Shown: one piece after another, positions 1 through 10,202 of the stretch | How positions within the stretch are numbered: position 1 is the first letter of the stretch | Layout of the letters: the number at the start of each line of letters is the position of its first letter | Origin: Marsupella aquatica | Lineage: Eukaryota > Plantae > Marchantiophyta | Assembly: GCA_973895155.1 (NCBI GenBank) | Contig: OZ316899.1 | Location: 10,381,135-10,445,134 of the forward strand | Direction: 5' to 3' | Length of the DNA stretch: 64,000 nt | Translations under genes and position numbers: made by a program | Notes under the pieces: generated by a model | Told to the model about the DNA's origin: nothing | Database searches by the model: none | The model's input: the letters and a program-made list of their open reading frames with translations, nothing else

Positions 1-928
1 CAAAGCTGGTCCGGGGGTGGCAGGTCTCCAGAAGCATATATGAGGGGAGTGGTGTCTCCCTGGGGGCTAAAGCCGAGCCGAAGTCGTGAGCCGCGGAGGT
101 CGCGACACTAAGGGAAACTGCCAAACGGAAATGACGATATCTTCCCAACGGGAAGTCCGTTGGAGGACTTCTTGGGTGCGTTGGAAATCTCTTGAAGAGG
201 GCTACGTCCTCTTGAGATCATCTGGGTCTGGGGGTGCCGTGGGTTCTTGTGGTTTGCGGGTGTTAGCTCGCCCGCTTGCCAAATCCTGCCTAACAGCAGC
301 CAAGCCGCGTTCAGTCTTCCAAGGGAGCTTGCATTGGGGAGGCAAGGCCAAGTAGGTGCGGAGGCTGAGTTCCAAAGGTTCTCGGCCCCTAGACCACCAG
401 TGGGGCAAACCGGGAGCGATGGCTAGAGTTGGGACCGTTCTGGTCCCGGCGTCTTGGGACAAGCTTTAGGATAAGCTACGCTATTTGGGCCATGAGCATG
501 TCCCGAGGTCAGGGCGGTCAGTTGGTGATGGATAGGTACAAGGGGGAACCCGGGCCGCGCCCAAGGAAGAAGTTGTTCTGGACCAATAGTGGGCGTGGGT
601 TCTGGTTCCAACTTATGGCATCGGGAGGACCTATCGCTGACCTATTTACCAACATCTGTTGAGCTTGAGTTAGGATGCTAGACTTGGCGAGTTCTAGATC
701 GTGAAGGGTTACTTACCGAGGTGTTTGGTTGCTAGTGCAGATAGGGAGGACCGTTGAGTAGCGGTTGTGTTAAAGAGCAAGTGCGGCTTCGTATGGGAGG
801 GGCCGCTGGCGGTGCAAGGGGCACTAGGTTACTTGCTTGAGGTATTCCGTGGAGGCGTTCGGGCACCAAGGGCACTCAGGCGTGAGTGCTGGGATTGGTG
901 AGGGCGCTGGGTGGCAAGGTCCACCATT
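1..928 (+). repeat. 5' LTR of element A (partial)
   Basis: Direct repeat of 22744-23620 with many transitions and one ~50-bp indel; followed by TG and the PBS. Confidence 0.92.
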
Positions 929-930
929 TG

Positions 931-942
931 TGGTATCAGAGC
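931..942 (+). promoter_or_regulatory. Primer binding site (tRNA-iMet) of element A
   Basis: TGGTATCAGAGC immediately after the LTR. Confidence 0.93.
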
Positions 943-1301
943 GATTGCTAGCATAGACACTGGGCCAAGGTTGTGCTAAGTCGGAATCCAAAAATCTTAG
1001 CGGATTTTTGCGGGGACTTAGTGCTTCAACGTGCCCGGCGGGTCGATTGCGGGCAGATTTGGTCGTTGGGAACATGGCTAAAAACACTTGATCAAAGAGT
1101 GGCAAACAGGCTCCTCCCACCAAGGGGAGAGCCCAAGTTCAAGATGAACAAAAGGAGGACGGGTCGACTTCCCTAGACGAACGTTATAAGCAGGACAAAG
1201 AAGACGCAATGGCCAAACCGTCGACCGTTGCGGCGAACACGTCAAGTGTAGAGCGCCGTCAACTTAAAGGGAAGGAGGTGGCTGATCCTTAAGAGGATGG
1301 G

Positions 1302-2284
1302 TTGGATGACGACGACTCCGACGCAGAAGGAAGCGACAACGAGACTGAAGCCAAAACAGAGGAAGAGGGTCAGGACCCAGAGGAGGAATTGATCCTTGCC
1401 TTGAGAGGGTTGAATGCGGAACCAGAGGATGATGTCAAGCCGGACGTCATCGTGGATAATTTGACCAAGCAGAACCAGGATGACGCGGGTGATACTTCAG
1501 TCCCGGGAGGTCATGGTGCTCGCAAGACGCGGGGGGTATCACCAAAATCCACAAGAGAACCTAAGGACAGGCGGCCCGCAAAGGAAAGACGGTTGGAGGA
1601 CCGTCCTCATACAACCCGCAAGGGCCCGGCCACTGACGACGGTCTGGGTCCGTTGACTCAAGACCAACGACTCATCTACGAGCAGTTGGAACACAACAAG
1701 GGGGTCCAGATTAAGTACTTACTTAGTCTGGGTAGTCAGAGTGCGTCGCGTCCCAAGGGGGGAATGGTAGTTGGACGGAGTATGTTCCAAGTGAACCAGC
1801 TACCGACTCCTCCAACTTACGATGGGGCCTACGAACAAAGTGGACAAAAGTTCCTGAGTTGGCTCTCCACGATGGAGATTCATCTCCAAGCGTGCGTTGA
1901 GCGTTCCACTTGGGCTACCGCAGTCGCTCCTTACCTAAAGGACTATGCCTTGACTTGGTACAAGTCATGGAAGAAGTCGCGAGAGGACTCCTCCTTGCCG
2001 TTAACTTGGGAAAACCTGGTTGAGGGTCTCCATGCTCATGTCACCACTAAGTACCCAGAGCGGCACGCTCAGAAATGTGTAACGAAGATGAGCTTCAAGG
2101 GTGATATCCAAAAGTTCATCACTTATTACCAGAATCAGTTGGCGTGTATCCCGGCGGGACAAGAGACCCTACATACACAGCTTCACAACTTTATCGTGAA
2201 GCTCTCGCCGTTGCTCAGGTAAAAGTTACAGGAAAAGCGTCATGAGTTCAAAATGCTTTCTGACGCCTTCGACAAGGCCACTAC
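1302..2284 (+). pseudogene. gag: gag, 5' part, of element A
   Basis: Retrotransposon gag-like text (PPTYDG...WL..ME...YLKDYALTWY...TWE). Premature stop at 2220; cut by element B at 2285. Confidence 0.8.
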
Positions 2285-5200
2285 TGTGGTGCGTCCCATG
2301 GCTCCCTAAACCCAAGAAACCCCCCAGCTCAAGCCGATTCCCGCAGGTTTCGCGCTTGGCGAGGCCGTTTCCGCGGCTTAGCGGCATGGGACGCTGCTAA
2401 CCTTCTACTACTACTATTAACATTTTACACACATATACTGGACAGATCCTTCATCGGGTCATGAGATACGTAGCCGGCCTAATATAGGCCTTCCCCTGTC
2501 TTCCCCTGTCTTCCCCTCCGTCTTGTTAGGTATGTTTGGATTCCGCCGCCGGAATGATCCCCAATAGGCTTGGTTAAGCCGCTAAGACCTCTCTCAGCTC
2601 GACACATCCAACTCTCACTCCCCTGCTTACTTTCCTTCTTTCTGTTGATGTGGGCACTCTTCACACAAGTTAATGCGACACACAAATAGCAAAATGACTC
2701 ATTCTGACTGAGTCATACCATGCACTTGCCATACAAACAGTACATCTCATACACAAGTTCTGCGAACTAAGCCGTGAGGCCAACTCTATTCAGCTCTTAG
2801 GCATGAGGAAACATGAATATACACAAGGATCACTGTATGACTAACCGAGAGCTTCTCGTACTACTTGATCCCAGCCCGGCTGGTGCAAACTAAAAACTTG
2901 CTAAAGAAGAGGCCCTGAGCTCCCCGCTGCCCAGGTACTTATCCTGGTAGTGGATCCGCCATTCTTTGCATCGTAAGCCTAATCTACTTAACAGTAATCT
3001 ACTTGCCCGAATCTACCTATGTACAGCAAGGCAGGAGCACAAGTGTTGCTCCTACCAGTGGGACCGCAATCCCACTAAGCTAAGTGTCAGGGCCGCTCCT
3101 GGTTCTGATCCTAATCCTAAACGTGGAGATCCGTGCCCGCCCTGCCCACTCACGCCTCCTCCCTCCACGTCCGCCCTCCCTAAAAGGAACGGCGCCCTTG
3201 CACCGTCACGACACCGGTGGTGGATCCTCAATGGACGCCCCCAACACTTCCTCCGCAGCCACTGCCGTTGGCCCGCCTACTGACAGATTACCTGCCCTTG
3301 ACCGAGTCAACTCTCCCTCGGCCTGACTGGGTCCACCTTCGGCTTTAGCCTCGACACCGGCCTCGGCAATACCCACGGCTTCGGCCTCAGCCACTCTCAC
3401 GGCTTCGGCTTCAGCCACTCCCTCAGCTTCGGCCTCCCCTTCCCCTAGGGTAGTTGGATCCTTAGCTGTGACCCTGTCTGGGGTCGGTGCCGGGTCTACC
3501 TCCTTGATCACCACGGCCTGTGAAGTCGTATTACTCCTTGACCCTGAAGGTTTCCGCTTCTTCTTCGTTGGTGGCTCGGCAGCTGGTCCCTTCCCCTTCC
3601 CACTTACCTCCGGCACTGGTGCAGGTGGCGCGGCTTGTCCTTCGGCAATTACCACCCCTGGTAACTGGTTTGTCCCAACAGGAGATGGACCTGCTGCAGC
3701 TAAGCATTTAAATACTGCGGCTTGTTTCTTCAGCCGCTCTGTTTGGTTGTCGGCCCGCCGCTGTAGGTTCTCCATCTTCCTCGTGATTTCCTCCAACTCC
3801 TCTTGGGTTTCATCCAGGTCCTTACGTGCCCCCTCCAGCTCGTTTTTGGCCTCCTCCTGCTCCCTGTGGGCTTCCTCCAATTCCTTCTTCAAGGTAGCCT
3901 TCTCCTCCTGGGTTGCTCTTAGCTCCTTGTCGAGCTCTGCAATGATGACAGACTCCATCTGGTTCATCTTGGCGTAAGTCTGTTCGAGCATCTCGTCCTT
4001 CTCCCTTAGGTCGGCCTTGAAGCTGGCCGTCAGGGACGCAAGCTCCTGCTGCAGCGCCATAATCCCTTGATAGGATTTCCCTAACTCGACCTCCTTCTGC
4101 TCAAGGGCTCCGCGGATTTTCTCGAGCTCCCCTTTCAACGCCCATTCCTTTCTTTGGGTCTCCGCCATGGCCCGGCTGTTGGCTGTTATGTGGGCCTCCT
4201 CTGTATTTTTCAGCTCTTGCTTCCACTTTTCCCTTTCTTTGATCGTGTCGGCCAACTCTTCCTGCGTCTGAGTCAGTTTATCCTTGATATTCTGATTATC
4301 AGCCTGCGCGGCGTCCAACTGCCCCTGCATGATGTTCAGCTCATGTCGTTTAATCCGCAGTTCATCTTGGGCTTTCTTGGCCGCCCTTAGATCTTCAATC
4401 TCGGCTTCCATCCTCCTAAGCCGCCGAATGACCTCGTCCTTCTTGCTTCTCTCTAAAGCCACCGCTTCTTCTAATTGGTGCTTCTCCAACTGCTCCCTAT
4501 GGAAAAAGGGTCCTACCTCCAACTCCTCTCCAAAGATGCCGAGCGCAAGTTCCCCACACATCTCACCATACTCCATGGCTCTATTCTTAGCGTAGGTGGA
4601 GTAAGTAGAAGTGATCGGCATCGCCCATCGTGGCCTCTGCTCCCAAGCCGTCCTGCGGATCTCTTCAATCGTGGCTAGAGGCTTGCTTCCTTTTTCGGCT
4701 AGCCGCCTGATGTCCTCCGGCCAATCTCCTCCTGGTAAATCCTTTTCCTTAGCCAGGGCGGCCTCTTCCTCCTGCTTGATTCACTCCTGAAATTCCTGCA
4801 CCGTCTGTTTTATGCCGTCGAAGCTCGGGGGAGCAACATCTGGTGGGGGAGACTCAGGGCTACTCTGCTGGTTGGGGTCCCCTCGCACTACCCTTGGAAG
4901 TGTGGGGACAAACCGGCCACAGGTCCTTACTCCTGGAACGTGATGGTCCGACCCATAGCCGGAATTATCATGGCTGCAGTCCTCCACTGCCTCCTCTACC
5001 TCTTGGATTTCCGGCTTCTCCCTCTCCTCTTCCTCGGTAGGAGCTTCAGGCAATTCTGCCTCAGATTCGGAGCTTGAGGTTCCCACGTACATTCGAACAC
5101 CTGGCTTGGATTCCGGCCTGATTCTCTCGTCTCCAGCAAAGGGGTTTTCTCTTGTGAGCCGGTGTAGGCCTACCTCTGTAGTAGTGTCCGGCATTGTTGC

Positions 5201-6947
5201 CGTTGCCGTTGTTGTTGTTGTTGCCGATGCCGATTTCTTTTCTTTCTCCAGTAGTTTCAGCAGACTCTGCATGCCTGGTTGCTGCATCGGCAAGTCTTCC
5301 TTCCTGGGCCTAAACACCTGCTCGATCGTAGGACTAACAGGTGGTTGAGGCTTCTCAGCCAACGGCCTCGGCGTTGGAGCTTCCTCGGGTGCCCTTACCT
5401 GCAGGGGAAGTACCGGGGCAAAAGTCTGACCTCTGGCATACCGGCACAACAGCGGCATGTGATAGCCAAGCCGCGACACGCTCCCCATGCCGATTACCTG
5501 CTGCTCCTCCTTTAAGATCTTCTTCAATTGGTTGAGGAGGTACCCGTTGTAGTCCCGGCTTGGGTCTGGCCTTTCTGCCAGATAGACCTGTGCCTTGCCG
5601 ATCTCTGCCCTCGGCAAGTTACAATGCATGGTCACCCGCAAGAAGTCGATCATCTCTCCTATGTGCGGGTTGGTGCAGGTGTTCCGGAAGAAGCCATTCT
5701 TCGTTGATGGCCCGGGGAACGACCGGAACTCCTTGTCAGGCAAGGTCTTCCTGGTATCAACTTTGGTCTTATTGCCCATCGGCAAGCCAAACACTTCGGC
5801 AATCACCTTGGGAGTAAGATAGAAATCCTTCCCATATATCCTCGTGCAATTGGTCTCGGGTTCCCATGACCCCACGAATTCTAATAGGTCTGACTCCGGT
5901 ACCTCCGGCTTCAGCCATGGTAATCTTACAAAGGCCTCCAAGCCGGATCCGGCCATGAAGCCTTGGTACTTCTTGGTCTGCATGGCCGTAAAGCATGCAT
6001 CCTCCTCCCGTGCAAAATGTAGTTGCACCTCCACCGGTAGGGTTGCCGCCCAGCCCTTCCAGGTGTCATCCCTGGTTGGAATGGCCTTGATGGGATCGAC
6101 CTCCTCCTCTTCGGCTTCTCCCTCTCTCCTGCTCTGCTGCTCGGCTGGCTTCTTTGGTGCCGTCGACCTCGTTCTTTTTGCCGGGGTGGCTTCATCGTTG
6201 ACGGCTCCCTTCCTCTTCATCTCTGCTGCCGTGGAGGTTTCTCCTAGCACCGTTGCCTGGGTCCACCTTTCCGTGCTACCCTTTAATTCCCAGTGTATGT
6301 CGTTGCAGTTCTTGATGGCCTCTCGGATGCCGACGACGCTGTCCTTGCAAAACAGAAGATCGTCGAGTTGATTGGAAGTAGGCGTCCACAGGAACTCGTC
6401 CTTGATGAGTTCGCCTCCTAAGAAAGCCGTCTTCTGCAGCTCCCACAATCGAGCGAGCTCCTGCCGTTCTCGAGCTGCCCTTTCTGACTCCTCGTCCTCG
6501 TAAGTCTTGATGTACTCAGTCGCCCGTTCGAACAGGCATCCCCAGAAATGTGCCGCTTGATTGACGTTGCTCATACCCTCCTTAGGTTGATCGTCGGTAT
6601 CTACTCTCTCCCCGAGTGCTTGCCTAAGCAGCTGACAGTAGTTGGCCTCCCGTAGTCGTCTGCCTAGTTCGTGCTCGCAAATGAGCCACTATTTCCTGCA
6701 AGCGCTCCTTACCCCTCTCCTTTGCCGGTCCTTCTTCCCGTTGATCCTTCCTAGCCGCCGACTCTTAACGCGCCCTAACCCTAATCGGGTTTTCACCCTC
6801 AGCCTTACCTCCGGCCTCTGCCCGGGTTCCATGGTTGCCCCTAATTGTTTATATTTTCCTTGTTTTGTCACTATACTAAGGTGTTCCTAGGGTGCCTTCC
6901 TGCTTTACCCACTTAACTGGCCGAGTGATTCCTGTCTAGGCATCACA
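2285..6947 (-). repeat. 3' LTR of element B (4663 bp)
   Basis: Colinear with 13172-17834 at a constant offset of 10887; about nine substitutions spotted by eye; bounded by the PPT. Confidence 0.96.
3206..6574 (-). pseudogene. LTR-encoded accessory ORF, 3'-LTR copy, split by one CGA>TGA change at 4783
   Basis: ORFs 4781..6574 and 3206..4621 are the two halves of the 1122-aa ORF at 14093..17461. Confidence 0.93.
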
Positions 6948-9900
6948 TAGCTCCCCACTTAATTGTGAAGCGTCCTCGCGAACAACTTCATCTTCGTCCA
7001 TATAGTATTTCTTGAGGCGGTCATAATGGATGCGAACTGGATATACCTCTCCCGTAATGTTGGCCAATTGCACGGAGCCATTGGGGAACATCATGGTTAC
7101 TCGAAAGGGTCCTAACCAGCGAGTGTAAAGCTTTCCTGGAAACCTACTATACCTACTGTCATAAAGTAGCACAAGATCACCGGTATGAATACTAACTACT
7201 TTTAACCTTTTATCATACTGCTGCTTCATGATATTCTGTCTATATTCTACTCTCTCGGCTGAAATCATTCTCGCTTCCTCTAAAGCTTCTAACCTATATT
7301 CTCGCTCCTTTAGGCTCTCCTCCGCTGAGGCTCTTTCCTCAATTGTAACTTGAAATGTCGGTATCTCAAGTTGCATGGGTACCAGGGCTTCTTGTCCAAA
7401 GGTTAAGAAGAAGGGTGTATGACCGGTAGTGGATTTATAGGCAAGATTGTAAGCAAAAACAGCAGCAAACAATTTATCATCCCAATCGAGTTTGTTCTGA
7501 GCTACTGTTTTGTTCAATATCTTTCCTATGATTCCGTTTGCTCGTTCTGTCAACCCGTTTGCCTTTGGATGGTAGGGAGTAGTAGGCCTATGTTTAACTA
7601 AATACTGCTCATTTAAACGACTAATTATATCATTCAAAAAATGGGTTCCTCTATCACTAACTAATTCTAGGGGTGCTCCATACCTGGTGAAGATCTGCTC
7701 ATACATGAATCTAGCCGTAGTAATTGCATCATCCTTCGTTGTTGGTCTGGCCTCTACCCATTTAGTTGCATAATCCGTAGCCAGGATTATGTACTTGTTC
7801 CGTCGAGGGTGGGTCAGTGGTTTCAGAGGTCCAATGTAATCAATACCCCACTTCTCGAATGGTGCCAGAGGTAGAATAGGGTGCAGTGGATGCCTGGTGG
7901 ACGCCCTTGGTCCGCCCGCTCGTTGACAAGGATCGCATTGTTTGATAAACTGATAGACATCTTTGTGCAAGGTGGGCCACCAGTAACCGGCATTTAATAT
8001 CTTCTTAGACGTGGTTACTGGGGCAAAATGTCCTCCGGCCTCCTCTCCATGCATGGCCCGTAGGACTCGTTTTACCTCTCTCTTCTCCAAACACCTTTGA
8101 ATCGTGCCGTTGATTCCATGCTTGTGCAGTATGCCTTTAATGCACTGATACTGTCTGACCTTCCGCACAAAGACTGCGGCTTGCTCTCGGCTTAATCCTG
8201 GCTGTAATCTGGAAGTGCTGAGAAATTGTAAAATCTCAGGGTACCATGTACCAGCTATTTCCACAACGAATAGCTCCTCGTCGGGGAATCGATCATCGAT
8301 GCAATCCGTGGCAGGTTTACCTGTGATCCTTGAAAAGAAGTCGGCATTGGCATGTAACTTTCCTGGCTTGATCCTCAGCTCATAGTCAAACTCCTGTAAT
8401 AGCAAAATCCATCTTGCTACTCTGCCTGTAAGGTCCGGCTTATTGACTAGGTACTTCAAACTTTCATGATCAGTATGAAAGATTACCTTGTACCCTAGTA
8501 AATAATGCCTAAACTTTTTACAAGAATAAATGACTCCTAATGCTTCTCTTTCCGTGGTAGAGTAGTTCCGTTCGGCATCGGCAAGCTGACGGCTTGCGAA
8601 GTATATGGGATGGTCCCTTCCTTTCTCATCCAACTGACTTAGTACTGAGCCAATACAGAAGCCCGAGACATCTACAAAAACATGAAAATCTTTGTTCCAG
8701 TCCGGTGCTATCATGACTGGGGCCTCTACTAACATCTGCTTCAATTCTACCACCGCTGTGACTCGTTCGGGTGTGGGTTCGAAGTCTGCTCCTGCCTTGA
8801 GCATATTGGTTAATGGTAAAGCTAGCTTGGCAAAATCCTTGATGAACCGGCGATAGTAACCAATGCATCCCAAGAAGGATCTTACATCCTTTATGTTCTT
8901 AGGTTGCATGATATCTAGCCATACTGCTAGCTTACCTTTGTCAATCTCAATGCCCTTCCTTGATACCTTGTGACCTAGTAGCACCCCCTCGGTTACTGCA
9001 AAAAAACATTTATCTGGGTGTAACTTGAGACCCACCTCCCTACATCTCATGAAGGTTTTCCTGAGGTATTTAGCATGTTTCGATGCCTTCCCGAATACTG
9101 CAAAGTCATCAATGAAGATTTCCATGAACTTTCTCAAGTAATCATGAAAAATGTTCACCATTAATCGTTGGAACATAGCTGGTGCGTTGCAGAGTCCAAA
9201 CGGCATACGATTGAAGACATAGATCCCCCATTCCGTGATGAAGGCCGTCTTGATTTGGTCTTCCTGCCGAATCCTGATTTGGTTATAACCAGAGTATCCA
9301 TCCATGAATGAATATAGTTCATGACTGGCTACCATGTCTAGTACCATATCAGTAAACGGTAAAGGAAAATGGTCTTTTAATGTTGCTTCATTCAGCTTCC
9401 TGTAATCCTGACAAACCCGGATCTTGGGTTTACCATCGGGTCCAGCTTTCTTGGGAACTATCACAATTGGAGACACCCAGTCTGAATGCAGGACTGGAGT
9501 GATGAATCCAGCTTCCACTAGTTTGTCGATTTCTGTTTTGACCAGCAGGGAATACCTCGGGTTCATCCTTCGAATTGGTTGTCGAAATGATTTGGCTCCT
9601 AACATGAGATCAATTCGATGTTCCCCTAGTGTTGGATCTACGCCCTTTAGATCTTGGTGACTCCATGCAAACACATCCTGAAATTCAATCAATAAGTCAC
9701 TGATCTCTTTCTCGAGCTCAGGTGCTAGGTTTCTCCCTAAGTTCAGTTCTCTTCCCTCTCCTAAGTCGAGCTTCCGATATTGCCGTGCTTGGATCATATT
9801 AATCTGCTTCTTCAAATTCGGGTCCAGTTCGGCTTCCAGTCTCTCTAATCTCATACCTCCATAAACTGGGATCTCGGCTGGACTAGCCGAGTCGGTCCCT

Positions 9901-10202
9901 TCCTTGGTGTCCATAGATTGTCTCCTTACCGGTCTATTCGGTTTTGAATTAGTGGTCGGCTCCCCTTCCTGCCTTGGCTCTGGATCGTGTCTGTCCATCT
10001 CATCCACCTCTTGCTCCTGAGAGTTAGGCCGCTGTGCTCTCTCCGCTTCTAATAGGGCCTCAATTTGTTCTGCCCTCGTAATCGGCTTGTATGCCGATCC
10101 CTTGGTATTTAATTCCTTGCCAATGATCGATGGCGTTGTGGACCCCGTCGGCTCTGCCACAACGCCTGCAGAAAATCCACTGTCCCTGCTACTGCTCCCC
10201 AC
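6936..10202 (-). CDS. pol: pol (RT-RNase H-integrase) of element B, probably expressed by -1 frameshift
   Basis: RT motifs (CQDYRKLN, MPFGLCNAP, FIDDF); RNase H (VDVS, ERNYSTTERE, NADFFSR); integrase HHCC and DDE (GIDYIGP, SDRGTHF, TERAN). No chromodomain and no second RNase H seen. Confidence 0.96.
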   Translation of the reverse strand: MGSSSRDSGFSAGVVAEPTGSTTPSIIGKELNTKGSAYKPITRAEQIEALLEAERAQRPNSQEQEVDEMDRHDPEPRQEGEPTTNSKPNRPVRRQSMDTKEGTDSASPAEIPVYGGMRLERLEAELDPNLKKQINMIQARQYRKLDLGEGRELNLGRNLAPELEKEISDLLIEFQDVFAWSHQDLKGVDPTLGEHRIDLMLGAKSFRQPIRRMNPRYSLLVKTEIDKLVEAGFITPVLHSDWVSPIVIVPKKAGPDGKPKIRVCQDYRKLNEATLKDHFPLPFTDMVLDMVASHELYSFMDGYSGYNQIRIRQEDQIKTAFITEWGIYVFNRMPFGLCNAPAMFQRLMVNIFHDYLRKFMEIFIDDFAVFGKASKHAKYLRKTFMRCREVGLKLHPDKCFFAVTEGVLLGHKVSRKGIEIDKGKLAVWLDIMQPKNIKDVRSFLGCIGYYRRFIKDFAKLALPLTNMLKAGADFEPTPERVTAVVELKQMLVEAPVMIAPDWNKDFHVFVDVSGFCIGSVLSQLDEKGRDHPIYFASRQLADAERNYSTTEREALGVIYSCKKFRHYLLGYKVIFHTDHESLKYLVNKPDLTGRVARWILLLQEFDYELRIKPGKLHANADFFSRITGKPATDCIDDRFPDEELFVVEIAGTWYPEILQFLSTSRLQPGLSREQAAVFVRKVRQYQCIKGILHKHGINGTIQRCLEKREVKRVLRAMHGEEAGGHFAPVTTSKKILNAGYWWPTLHKDVYQFIKQCDPCQRAGGPRASTRHPLHPILPLAPFEKWGIDYIGPLKPLTHPRRNKYIILATDYATKWVEARPTTKDDAITTARFMYEQIFTRYGAPLELVSDRGTHFLNDIISRLNEQYLVKHRPTTPYHPKANGLTERANGIIGKILNKTVAQNKLDWDDKLFAAVFAYNLAYKSTTGHTPFFLTFGQEALVPMQLEIPTFQVTIEERASAEESLKEREYRLEALEEARMISAERVEYRQNIMKQQYDKRLKVVSIHTGDLVLLYDSRYSRFPGKLYTRWLGPFRVTMMFPNGSVQLANITGEVYPVRIHYDRLKKYYMDEDEVVREDASQLSGELCDA
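6948..6962 (-). promoter_or_regulatory. Polypurine tract of element B
   Basis: Minus strand TTAAGTGGGGAGCTA directly before the 3' LTR TG. Confidence 0.8.

Noticed and set aside
2875-2887. CCCGGCTGGTGCA resembling a tRNA-Gly 3' end
   Set aside because: Only 13 nt, with no cloverleaf or A/B boxes around it.
3468-6371. Numerous plus-strand ORFs of 60-175 aa (and similar shadow ORFs elsewhere)
   Set aside because: They are antisense or alternate-frame shadows of real TE ORFs and have no recognisable motifs.
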